DNA of 47,943 nt, from positions 1 through 47,943 of the forward strand of contig CAMJNS010000006.1 in NCBI GenBank assembly GCA_946407375.1. The letters are read 5' to 3'. Below the pieces are notes generated by a model. It ran no database searches. It saw only the letters and a program-made list of their open reading frames with translations, and had not been told where the DNA came from. Made by a program: the position numbers and the translations under genes. Positions within the stretch are counted from its first letter, which is position 1, and each line of letters begins with the position of its first letter. This stretch comes from an uncultured bacterium. Its GTDB lineage: Bacteria > Muiribacteriota > Ozemobacteria > Ozemobacterales > Ozemobacteraceae. Positions 38,992 to 47,626 of this stretch are shown in pieces.

Positions 38992-39206
38992 GAGTTGAAA
39001 GTGATAAGTGGTGAGTGATGAGTGTCGCACTTCGTGCGAAGACCCCTTTCGGTTCCTGCGGAACCACTTCCCCCAACAGCTTACGCTTTGGGGGCAGGTC
39101 TTTAAGAAACTCCCCCGCTTGCGGGGGAGCTGTCGCGAAGCGACTGACGACCAACAGGATGTTGGGAGTGCAAGCGAGCGCCAGGATGGCAAGCGAGTCG
39201 TAGGGG
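38992..39206. repeat. GC-rich REP-like palindromic element preceded by heptamer repeats
   Basis: 7-nt period (AAGTGAT AAGTGGT GAGTGAT), then hairpins GCACTTCGTGC, GGTTCCTGCGGAACC, CTCCCCCGCTTGCGGGGGAG, GTCGCGAAGCGAC, CCAACAGGATGTTGG and GCCAGGATGGC. GC far above background. Confidence 0.7.
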
Positions 39207-39303
39207 GCTGCCAGTTGAAAACTGGCGGTGAGGAGGCTGTATTGCAAAGCAATGTGGCGACTGATGGAGTGGTTATTTTCATAACTAAATTAAGAATTGC
39301 AAT

Positions 39304-39332
39304 TAGACAACTATACAAAAAATTAGTATACT
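39304..39332 (+). promoter_or_regulatory. Promoter of the type III TA locus
   Basis: TAGACA-17 bp-TATACT; +1 falls at the first repeat. Confidence 0.75.
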
Positions 39333-39338
39333 AACAAT

Positions 39339-39412
39339 AGGTGATGCACAGTCTTAAATGAGCAAGTTATAAGTGGGTGATGCACAGCCCTATAAATGAG
39401 CGAGTTAATAGT
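39339..39412 (+). ncRNA. Type III antitoxin RNA (ToxI/antiQ-like), two ~36-nt repeats
   Basis: GGTGATGCACAGTCTTAAATGAGCAAGTTATAAGT at 39340 and GGTGATGCACAGCCCTATAAATGAGCGAGTTAATAGT at 39376. Period 36, located between promoter and terminator upstream of a ToxN-like frame. Confidence 0.85.
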
Positions 39413-39438
39413 AGGGGCAAGTTTGCTTGTCCCTATTT
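39412..39438 (+). terminator. Terminator between antitoxin repeats and toxin
   Basis: TAGGGGCAAG-TTTG-CTTGTCCCTA-TTT. Confidence 0.85.
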
Positions 39439-39458
39439 CTAATTTAGGTTAATTGAAG

Positions 39459-39941
39459 TTGAAAACGTTAAAATTATATGAAATAGAGCCAGAGTATATT
39501 AAATATTTATCTCAATATCAGGAACATTTATTTATCTCTGATGGAAATAAATCTAATAGAAAATACATAGGAATTATATTAGAAATTAATAACTATTAAT
39601 ATTTTGCTCCTCTTTCTTCTTTTAAAGAAAAGCATAAAAAAATGAAAGAAAGTGTTGATTTTATAAAAATACGAGATTATGCAGTTATTAATATAAATAA
39701 TATGGTTCCTGTTCCAAATGGAAAATTTCATTTGGTTGATATTAATGGAATTAATGATAGAAATTATAAGTTTTTGCTTCAAGCTGAAAATCGTGAAATC
39801 AATAAACAGAAAAACCGTATTTTGAAAAACGCCTCTATTGTATATAATCACAAACTAAAATATAAAAAGTCAACTTTGCTTGCAAAAAGAACTAATGATT
39901 TTACTATATTAGAAATGGCTTATAGTAAATATATAAAATAA
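39459..39941 (+). pseudogene. toxN: ToxN/AbiQ-family type III toxin interrupted by an in-frame TAA at 39597-39599
   Basis: From TTG 39459: MKTLKLYEIEPEYIKYL...RKYIGIILEINNY*YFAPLSSFKEKH...AVININNMVPVP...DRNYKFLLQAE...TNDFTILE, all ToxN/AbiQ motifs. The 39642 ORF is the C-terminal part of this frame. Confidence 0.88.
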
Positions 39942-40079
39942 ATATTTATTGGAGTCTTCCAAACAATAAAACCAATCACAACCAACAACGAGGCGAAGCC
40001 TCAAAAACGAAATAATCAAAAAAACACCCAAGTATGTTATAATTACAAAGTAATTTTTTATCTTGAGAGGTGGTTTATT

Positions 40080-40146
40080 AAGAGATAAGAGATGAGAGAA
40101 CTGGATCGCCACTCATACTTCGTATGCTTGCGATGACGATTATGGC
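40080..40146. repeat. Heptamer repeat plus REP-like unit
   Basis: AAGAGAT AAGAGAT GAGAG, then CTGGATCGCCAC...GCGATGACGATTATG. The first 12 nt of the unit are the exact reverse complement of 26996-27007. Confidence 0.6.
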
Positions 40147-40157
40147 ATAGACTTACT

Positions 40158-40182
40158 TAAACTGTACCCAATGTCAAGGACA
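40158..40182. mobile_element. Possible solitary IS3-family terminal inverted repeat remnant
   Basis: TAAACTGTACCCAATGTCAAGGACA resembles IS3/IS150-type ends (TGAACTG-ACCC...) from memory; no transposase nearby. Confidence 0.35.
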
Positions 40183-40378
40183 TATTAATATAGGGGGGTA
40201 TAAAGATTACTCCCCTTAATCCATATGCCCTAATCCCTTTCTCCTTTCTTTTAACCTCAACAGGTTTGTTGGCTAAAAAAGTTTGGGTTTGCCCTGAGAA
40301 AAAACTCTTGCTATATTGTGATATAATTTTCAATGCTGTATAATATTCACACATTTTTTATAATTGTTTTTTTCTTAG

Positions 40379-42190
40379 GTGGAGGCAAATATCGTTTTTA
40401 TGAGTAACAGGTTCGCGAATTATCTAATTTTTATTTTTGTATTTTTAGTAGCTTCAGTAAGCTATGGTAGCATTGAAGAGCTTAGTGGTTATTTTGAAAT
40501 CAGAGATACCATTCAGCTTATGAATGATGAAATGCAAAAAGGATTAGACTATAAAACTCTACCGTCTCTATTTGATGAAGACGAGATAGAAGCAAAACTT
40601 GAATCTTTTATAGGTTTTATGAAGAATAGGGTAAGCATGTATGCGGCTTCTGATAGCAAGCTTAGGTTTCATTATGTAAAAAAGCTGAATACATTGCTTG
40701 ATCAAACTTCAAAATTACTTGCAGAAGCAAAACCTCTAATTAAAGCAAAACGTGAATCTAAAGCTGATAAAAAAGAAAAAGTTGTTCCACCTGTAACTTA
40801 TGCAACTATTGCACACCCATATTTCAATTCGATTGATTTCAGAACTTTAGCTAGTCGTGAACCTCTTAACGAAGAATTACCTGTTGCAAAAGAACTTCCT
40901 AAAGAAAACAAAAAAACAACAAATATTGCCGAAAAAACAAATGATAAAAAAGAAATTGCAAAAGCCACTACAGATAAAGAAAAAGAATCTGAAGAAAAGA
41001 AAGTTAGTGTGAAGGCAGACTCTAAAGAAAAATCTGAAAAGGCTGAAAAAGAAATCGAAAAGAAAGCTGAAACTAAAACTGCGGAAGTAAAGCCTGAAAC
41101 CATAGTTGTTCCTGATAAAAAAGAAAGTGCTGTTGCAAAAGATAGCAAAGAGTCTAAAACAGAAAAAGCAAGCACAACTACTACTGCAGCCTCTTCAATT
41201 CAATTCCCAGCAGGTGAATACATGCGACCAATGGCTATTATGATAGAAAACCATAATCAAGCTAGACCTCAAAGTGGTTTATATACTGCTGACATAGTAT
41301 ATGAAATCCCGGTCGAAGGTGGAATTACAAGATTTATGGGTCTTTACACTAAGATGCCTGGTTTGATTGGACCTGTCAGAAGTTGCAGAGAATACTTTGT
41401 AGATAGAGCATTAGAAGTAGATGCTCTCTATGTTCATTGTGGCGGAAGTCCAATGGGTTATGCATATATTGCTAAAACCAAAATCAGAAGTATAGATGAA
41501 ATAAAGAATTCACCTCCATTTTTTAGAGATAAGATTAGAAAAGCTCCACATAATCTTTATGGAAATGGTGAAGCCATTTATAGATACATGGCAAAGCGCA
41601 CTGATATGCGTGTTAAGAGTCAGCCAATTCCTTTAAGCTATGGTGAAAGAACTGAAAAGGGAACCGAATCTGGTAATTATCTTAGAATTAATTATCACGG
41701 TAATTACACCCTTATAATAAAAGAAGAAAAAGGTGTTTATCACCGTTATATGAATAATATTCTTCATTTAGACAGAGAAACTAAGAAACCTTTGGAAGCA
41801 AATGCTGTTGTATTGCAGGTTGCTTCTATGAAAGTTGTTGACTCTGTTGGAAGACAAGAAATAAGCTTTATAGGAAGTGGAACAGCCTGGATATTTGAAA
41901 ATGGCAAAAGAACTCCTGTAACTTGGCATAAAGCTTCCCCAAAAACCAAAACCACTTATATAGACAATAACGGAAAAGAATATTTATTTAATAAAGATGG
42001 TCAGGTTTGGGTTCAAGTTGTTTCACCTTCTCATAAGATTTTCTTTGAACCAATAAAAGAAAGTGATTTGAAGGCAAAATCTCCAACAAAAGCATCAGCA
42101 AAAGCACCTGCAAAAGCTCAGGGAAACAATAAAGCAAAAACTGAAACTAAAAGCAAAGCTAAAACTAATGAAGTAAGTAAAAAGGGTTAA
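40379..42190 (+). CDS. DUF3048 domain exported protein
   Basis: RPMAIMIENHNQARPQSGL..ADIVYE..VEGGITRF, GPVRS, HCGGS, KAPHNLY; Lys/Glu-rich linker. Start may be ATG 40400. Confidence 0.9.
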   Translation: MEANIVFMSNRFANYLIFIFVFLVASVSYGSIEELSGYFEIRDTIQLMNDEMQKGLDYKTLPSLFDEDEIEAKLESFIGFMKNRVSMYAASDSKLRFHYVKKLNTLLDQTSKLLAEAKPLIKAKRESKADKKEKVVPPVTYATIAHPYFNSIDFRTLASREPLNEELPVAKELPKENKKTTNIAEKTNDKKEIAKATTDKEKESEEKKVSVKADSKEKSEKAEKEIEKKAETKTAEVKPETIVVPDKKESAVAKDSKESKTEKASTTTTAASSIQFPAGEYMRPMAIMIENHNQARPQSGLYTADIVYEIPVEGGITRFMGLYTKMPGLIGPVRSCREYFVDRALEVDALYVHCGGSPMGYAYIAKTKIRSIDEIKNSPPFFRDKIRKAPHNLYGNGEAIYRYMAKRTDMRVKSQPIPLSYGERTEKGTESGNYLRINYHGNYTLIIKEEKGVYHRYMNNILHLDRETKKPLEANAVVLQVASMKVVDSVGRQEISFIGSGTAWIFENGKRTPVTWHKASPKTKTTYIDNNGKEYLFNKDGQVWVQVVSPSHKIFFEPIKESDLKAKSPTKASAKAPAKAQGNNKAKTETKSKAKTNEVSKKG

Positions 42191-42193
42191 TAT

Positions 42194-43084
42194 ATGGCAA
42201 CAAGATTTGGTGCTGTAGGGGTCTTTGGGAGAGCCAATGCAGGTAAATCCACATTGGTAAATGCTCTTGTAGGTGAAAGGGTTTCAATTGTCTCTAACAG
42301 ACCTCAGACTACAAGAAAACGCATTCTTGGAATTTTGACCCTGAATGAAACTCAGCTAGTTTTTTGTGATACTCCAGGTCTTCATGCAATAAAAAACAAG
42401 CTAGATGCTTATATGAATGACGAAATTATGTCTACAATGAAAGGATTGCAGGCAGGTCTTTATTTAACAGATCTTTCAGATATACAATTAGATTTAGATA
42501 AAGAATATATAAGTCAACTAGACCCTTCTTCTGATATGCCTTTATTTATGGTCTTCAATAAAAGTGATTTGGTTGAGGAGGATAAAATAGAGGAAGCAAG
42601 AAAGGCTTATGAAAGTCTTTATCCATTTAAGAAAAGCTTTGTTATTTCTGCGGCTAAGAAGAAGGGGTTAAAACAGCTTTTAAATTCACTTTGTAAGGCT
42701 GTTCCAAAAGGTCCTCACGCCTATGATGTTGATGATTACACAAATCAGACAGAACGTGAAATAGTTGAAGAAACTATAAGGGAAGGAATTTTAAGATTAT
42801 ATAATCAAGAAGTTCCACATTCTGTTGCGGTTCAAGTTGAACAATTTTCTGAACGCGAGAACGGAAAAACCTATATTGAAGCTACTTTGAATGTGGAAAA
42901 AGAAGCTCATAAAAGAATTATTATAGGCAAAGATGGCAGTGGAATAAAAAAAATTGGAAGAATTGCACGTGAAAAGTTGAATACAATGCTAGGACGTGAT
43001 ATTTTTTTACAGTTATGGGTTAAAATTCGACCCGATTGGCGACATAATGAACTTTGGATAAAACGTTTGGGATACAAGAGGTAA
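42194..43084 (+). CDS. era: GTPase Era
   Basis: GRANAGKSTL, PQTTR, DTPG, NKSD, EVPHS, IIIGKDG KH domain, LWVK. Confidence 0.97.
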   Translation: MATRFGAVGVFGRANAGKSTLVNALVGERVSIVSNRPQTTRKRILGILTLNETQLVFCDTPGLHAIKNKLDAYMNDEIMSTMKGLQAGLYLTDLSDIQLDLDKEYISQLDPSSDMPLFMVFNKSDLVEEDKIEEARKAYESLYPFKKSFVISAAKKKGLKQLLNSLCKAVPKGPHAYDVDDYTNQTEREIVEETIREGILRLYNQEVPHSVAVQVEQFSERENGKTYIEATLNVEKEAHKRIIIGKDGSGIKKIGRIAREKLNTMLGRDIFLQLWVKIRPDWRHNELWIKRLGYKR

Positions 43085-43091
43085 CAAATCC

Positions 43092-44852
43092 GTGATTAAC
43101 TATATTGTTATTGCTGTTGCAACGCTTGTTGTTTTTTTATTAGTGTTTTCAGCATTCGTTGCAGACGATTCTGAAAATGATGCTGGTTATTTAGCGGACG
43201 ATTTAGATAATGAAAAACCAGAAAAAGATAATGAAAAGAAAGAGGAAAAAATAGAAGCTACTGAGTCTTTATCTCTTCCTCAATTACAATCTCAGCCACA
43301 GCTTCAAGAAGAAGCTCAGGAAAGTGTTGAAGTAGAACCTCATCAAAGCAATGTAGTTGCTTTTGATGACAGTAATTCTATGTTCCAGCAGCTTTCTGAT
43401 GAAGAAGAACTTAAACAGGCTTCAAAACCAGCTGAAATTACAAGAATACACCCAGTTAATAAAACAGTGGAACCCAATATTCCATTGCTTGAAGTTGGAA
43501 GTGAAGAAGATTTAAGATTACGTTTGGAAATGAAGCAAAATCTTGCTAAACCAGTATCAATAGAAAAAAGCAAGTCTGTTGCTGCTGTAGTTCAACTCCG
43601 CTTTCCTGATGAAGTTATGCGAAATGCTGGGAATTTTGTTGAAATTCTTTCTCATGCAGAACAGGTTTTTGAAAAGGAATTTTCTTTTCCATTTAATACT
43701 TTTCAAACTACTCAGTTTAATAGAATTTGGATATTTGAACCTTCTGAAGACAGAGATGCTATAATTGAAGCCTTAATAGATGCTTATGAAGTTACAATTA
43801 GATTTAGAAAGGCTTTGGAAGCAGATAAGCTATTGAAAGAGAACAGAATAAGAATAGCTGTAGGTGTTTCAGCAGGAGAAATGACTTTTATCAGCAGAGG
43901 TGTTAATTCTGAACCATCTTTAGTTGGTATGCCAATATACATGGCTGAAACATTAGCTGAAATAGTAGGTGACTTTGGTATATATGTAGATTCTAACATT
44001 CATAACGCAACTATTCCTTTATTTGACTTTAGAGAATGGAAACCAACAGTAGTTAGAACTACTTTACCACCTATACCTCTTTATGAACTTGTTGGTTGGA
44101 ATAAACCAGATGAAATAGCTACTTATGTTAAACACGAAGAACCTTCTGCAAGACGTGCTGTAGCTGTTGCCTACAGATATTTTGAACTTGAAGACACTCA
44201 TCCTTTAATCGAACTTCTAACCGATAAAGATAAAAATGTTGCTTATGAAGCAATTAATACTATTAGCTTTATTGGAAGCGAAAAAATGAATGGGGTTCTA
44301 AAGATCAGATTAAGAGAAGCTACTGATTCTGATATAAAGAGCAAAATCATTGAGGCTTTCGGAAATGCAGGTAATCCAAGCTTGTTACCAGTTGTTTTAG
44401 GATCAACAAAAGAAAGTAGCTGGAAAGTCAGATTGGCTGCTACAAAAGCTTTATATCAACTTGGCGGACAAGAAGCATTAGGACATCTCGAAGCTATGTT
44501 AAAAGATCCAGATAGCATTGTTAGAGTTGTTGCTAATAGTATTTTCTTTAAAGAAACTAATAATTCTGAATATTTCAGTATGTTAGTGGAAGCTCTTAGC
44601 GATGCTAGTAAACGAGCTAGAGCTACAGCAGTAGATTGCCTTATGGCAATTGGTTCCGATAGAGCATTGAAAGAAATAACCAATTCTTTTGCAAATCAAG
44701 AACTAGACTTACAAAAGCATATCTTAACCAAGATGCTTGATAGCAAGAGTAAGATTCTTTATCAATGCTTCTTAACTATGTTCAAAAATTCAAGTGAGGC
44801 ATTACGTCCTCATATAGTTGAAGCTGTTCGTAGGGCGGGAATAGTGAGCTAA
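43092..44852 (+). CDS. Membrane-anchored protein with a degenerate class III nucleotidyl cyclase-like domain and HEAT repeats
   Basis: N-terminal TM and acidic linker. IRIAVGVSAGEM...SLVGMPIYMAETL...GIYVD parallels the cyclase core. C-terminal PBS/HEAT repeats (SWKVRLAATKAL, DPDSIVRVVA). Confidence 0.7.
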   Translation: MINYIVIAVATLVVFLLVFSAFVADDSENDAGYLADDLDNEKPEKDNEKKEEKIEATESLSLPQLQSQPQLQEEAQESVEVEPHQSNVVAFDDSNSMFQQLSDEEELKQASKPAEITRIHPVNKTVEPNIPLLEVGSEEDLRLRLEMKQNLAKPVSIEKSKSVAAVVQLRFPDEVMRNAGNFVEILSHAEQVFEKEFSFPFNTFQTTQFNRIWIFEPSEDRDAIIEALIDAYEVTIRFRKALEADKLLKENRIRIAVGVSAGEMTFISRGVNSEPSLVGMPIYMAETLAEIVGDFGIYVDSNIHNATIPLFDFREWKPTVVRTTLPPIPLYELVGWNKPDEIATYVKHEEPSARRAVAVAYRYFELEDTHPLIELLTDKDKNVAYEAINTISFIGSEKMNGVLKIRLREATDSDIKSKIIEAFGNAGNPSLLPVVLGSTKESSWKVRLAATKALYQLGGQEALGHLEAMLKDPDSIVRVVANSIFFKETNNSEYFSMLVEALSDASKRARATAVDCLMAIGSDRALKEITNSFANQELDLQKHILTKMLDSKSKILYQCFLTMFKNSSEALRPHIVEAVRRAGIVS

Positions 44853-44853
44853 A

Positions 44854-46326
44854 ATGTCTGTAAAAATAGCAATTGTAGATGACGAGGAAATGATTCAATG
44901 GACTTTAAAAGAAGCCATGGAATCAGAGGGGTATAAGGTTGAAACATTTGATAATGGTAAGGATTTTCTTACCTATTTCAAAGAGTATGGGGCTGATATT
45001 GTATTTTTAGATATTCAGTTGCCAGATAGTAATGGATTAGAGCTTCTTCCAGAAATAATTCATATAGACCCTGAAAGCATAGTTGTTGTTATGACTGCTT
45101 TTGGAGATGTTGAAACCGCAGTTACGGCTATGAAAAAAGGGGCTTATGATTATCTGGCTAAGCCTTATAGTATTGAAGAAGTTAATTTGCTGATAAAGAA
45201 GATTATTCAAACTAATCTTGTAAAAAGTCAGTTACAGCATTATCAAGAAAAGTTAGAATCTCATTTTTCCCACATTTTAGGTGAAAATTACAGCATAAAA
45301 CTTCTTAGAGAGCATATTGCAATGGCTGCTAAATCAGACCATACTACAGTTTTAATACGTGGTGAGTCTGGAACAGGCAAAGAATTAGTAGCTCGACAGA
45401 TACATTTCCAAAGCGCTAGAGCAGATAAACCTTTTATAGATGTTAATGCTGCTGCAGTAAGTGGAACCCTTTTGGAATCAGAATTGTTCGGTCACGAAAA
45501 GGGAGCTTTTACAGATGCTCAAAAACAGAAAAAAGGTCTTTTTGAGCTAGCTAATGGCGGAACTTTATTCCTAGATGAAATTGGAGATTTGGATGCTTCC
45601 TTACAAGTTAAGCTATTAAGAGTTCTTCAAGAAAGAAAATTTAGAAGAGTAGGCGGAACAACAGATATACATGTTGATGTTAGAATTATTTCCGCGACAA
45701 ATGCTAATCTTGAAGAAAAAATGCAAGAAGGTTCTTTAAGAAAAGATTTGTTCTATAGATTAAATGTTTTTACTATAAATATCGCTCCTCTTAGAGAAAG
45801 AAAAGATGATATTGTTTTGTTGGCAAAAAGCTTTCTTGATGAATATCGTAAAGAATTTTCCAAAGAAAATATTACTGGTTTTTCAGAAGAAGCCTTAACG
45901 TTAATGCAGTGTTATGATTATCCAGGTAATGTCAGGGAACTACGAAATATTATAGAACGCGCTGTTTTATTAGAAACTACGAATCTTATAAGACCAGCTA
46001 ACTTACCTGATGAACTTAGAAAAAATAACAATAGTATTGAATTTAAGGGATCACAGAAAGTTGAACAATTTACTCCTGTTAAAGCTCAACCTAGTGATAA
46101 TTCTATAAAAAAAGAAGAAGATGTTACCATTCCCTTTGCAGATGATAAGCCTTGGCATAGGAAAGATTTTAATTTTAAAGAATATATTGATTCTGTTGAA
46201 AAAAAGATTATTGAAGAAGTTTTAGTTGAAACAGGTGGAAAGAAAACTAAAGCTGCTGAAATACTTGGTCTTTCAAGATTTGCTTTAAGGCATCAACTGA
46301 AAAAGCATGGTATGGATAGTGAATAG
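44854..46326 (+). CDS. NtrC/AtoC-family sigma54-dependent response regulator
   Basis: Receiver (VDDE, FLDIQLP, LAKP), AAA+ (GESGTGKE, ESELFGHEKGAFTDA, FLDEIG, DLFYRL, YPGNVREL), Fis-type HTH. Confidence 0.96.
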   Translation: MSVKIAIVDDEEMIQWTLKEAMESEGYKVETFDNGKDFLTYFKEYGADIVFLDIQLPDSNGLELLPEIIHIDPESIVVVMTAFGDVETAVTAMKKGAYDYLAKPYSIEEVNLLIKKIIQTNLVKSQLQHYQEKLESHFSHILGENYSIKLLREHIAMAAKSDHTTVLIRGESGTGKELVARQIHFQSARADKPFIDVNAAAVSGTLLESELFGHEKGAFTDAQKQKKGLFELANGGTLFLDEIGDLDASLQVKLLRVLQERKFRRVGGTTDIHVDVRIISATNANLEEKMQEGSLRKDLFYRLNVFTINIAPLRERKDDIVLLAKSFLDEYRKEFSKENITGFSEEALTLMQCYDYPGNVRELRNIIERAVLLETTNLIRPANLPDELRKNNNSIEFKGSQKVEQFTPVKAQPSDNSIKKEEDVTIPFADDKPWHRKDFNFKEYIDSVEKKIIEEVLVETGGKKTKAAEILGLSRFALRHQLKKHGMDSE

Positions 46327-46510
46327 GAGTATTTTAGAACTAGGAATTAGAGAGTGAAAAAAAGGAAATTAATGGTTATTTTTGGTAATGTGTAAAAATA
46401 ACACCTATTAAATTAGTGCTTTTTTTTCACTGTGTACAGATTTACAATTTTTTTGTAAAGAAAATATTGTAAAATCTTGACTATTTCTAGTATTTCCTTT
46501 TATATAGTTA

Positions 46511-46526
46511 TGGCATATTTTTTGCA
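46511..46526 (+). promoter_or_regulatory. sigma54 -24/-12 promoter upstream of the EIIA gene
   Basis: TGGCAT-ATTTT-TTGCA about 35 bp before ATG 46562. A sigma70-like TTGACT(46477)...TATATA lies just upstream. Confidence 0.7.
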
Positions 46527-46561
46527 ACCAAATTGCAAATATTATTTTGTAGGAGACAATA

Positions 46562-47011
46562 ATGATTTCAGAATTACTTCAGGATAATTTTATAGATTTA
46601 CATCTTGATGTTCCTGATAAAGCTACAGCAATAAATAAACTCTCAGAAATGCTTTGCGGTTCAGGTAAAGTTAGTGATCAAACTCATTTTGTAAGTGCAG
46701 TTCTTGAAAGAGAAAAGCTTGGAAGTACAGCAATTGGTGCTGGGATTGCTATCCCTCATGCTCGTGCTAATACTGTTAATGAAGTTTCAATAGCTTTTGC
46801 TCGTGCTTCTCACGGAATAGATTTTAATTCTGTTGATGGTGACCCAGTAAATTTAATTTTCTTGTTGGCTGCACCAGTTGAATCCGGTAGTCTTTATCTA
46901 AAGCTTTTGGCACGTATTTCTAGACTGTTACGTTACCAAGATTTAGTAGATGATTTAAAGAAAGCTACAACTAAAGAAGAAGTAATTAAGATAATAGCTG
47001 CTAAAGAATAA
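46562..47011 (+). CDS. ptsN: PTS EIIA (Ntr/Fru family)
   Basis: LEREKLGSTAIGAGIAIPHAR with the phospho-His, GIDFNSVDGDPVNLIFLL, LKLLARISRLL; no IIB/IIC partner seen. Confidence 0.85.
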   Translation: MISELLQDNFIDLHLDVPDKATAINKLSEMLCGSGKVSDQTHFVSAVLEREKLGSTAIGAGIAIPHARANTVNEVSIAFARASHGIDFNSVDGDPVNLIFLLAAPVESGSLYLKLLARISRLLRYQDLVDDLKKATTKEEVIKIIAAKE

Positions 47012-47066
47012 GTTAATCTTTCTTTTTTGATTGTATAGTTAATAAAAAGGAAACAATAAACAATAT

Positions 47067-47504
47067 ATGGCAAATAACAGACAAGATGACTTGTCCTTTT
47101 ATATGAGGATTCCTGCAAGCAAATGCTTCACGAACAATGTTTTATTAACCTTAGAAGGAATATGTGATCATTTTAGTTTTACAGAATCTTCAAGAGATAG
47201 AATAAAAAAGGCATTAGATACAGCATTATCTAACTCTATTGACACTTTTTACAAAAACAATCGTGGTTTGTTTGATTTACATTTTTCTGTTTACAAAAAT
47301 AAATTGATGATTTCTATAGAAGATTATCTATTAAATCATAAAGATGAAATAGAAGAACCAATTAAATCAAATTGTGAATCTGTTAGAAATATGTTAAAAA
47401 CAGTCGAAGAACTTACAGATGGTATGAGTTTTTCTGAAAAACTTGGTCGGAATGCTTGTTATTCTATGTCATTTAATGTTTCTTTCATAGAAAATGAAGT
47501 TTAA
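47067..47504 (+). CDS. Degenerate RsbW/anti-sigma-factor (HATPase_c-like) protein
   Basis: MRIPA...RIKKALDTALSNSI...ISIEDY...VEELTDGMSF follows the RsbW layout but lacks the DxG and GxGL motifs. Confidence 0.55.
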   Translation: MANNRQDDLSFYMRIPASKCFTNNVLLTLEGICDHFSFTESSRDRIKKALDTALSNSIDTFYKNNRGLFDLHFSVYKNKLMISIEDYLLNHKDEIEEPIKSNCESVRNMLKTVEELTDGMSFSEKLGRNACYSMSFNVSFIENEV

Positions 47505-47576
47505 AAATCATAATATTTTAAATTTTACCTCTTGAACTCTTTTCTTTAATGTACTAAGCTATATTCTGAAAATCAG

Positions 47577-47604
47577 AAACCCCGAATTGATTTTCGGGGT
47601 TTTT
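47577..47604 (+). terminator. Intrinsic terminator-like hairpin
   Basis: AAACCCCGAA-TTGATT-TTCGGGGTTT-TT. Confidence 0.75.
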
Positions 47605-47626
47605 AATTTATTGAGAGTGGCTTTAG

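Noticed and set aside
38908-39334. Four overlapping short ORFs
   Set aside because: They arise from stop-poor GC-rich palindromic repeat DNA and have no RBS or protein-like features.
39340-39412. Two 36-nt repeats as a mini CRISPR array
   Set aside because: The repeats are contiguous with no spacers and no cas genes; the promoter-repeats-terminator-ToxN layout explains them.
39597-39599. Stop-codon reassignment or programmed readthrough in toxN
   Set aside because: TAA terminates many genes in this window and no recoding signal is evident; a nonsense mutation or sequencing error is simpler.
20939-46440. Recurrent TGTACA near promoters (about 20940, 25308, 27302, 46433)
   Set aside because: Short motif expected many times by chance in AT-rich DNA, and its spacing to -35 boxes is inconsistent.
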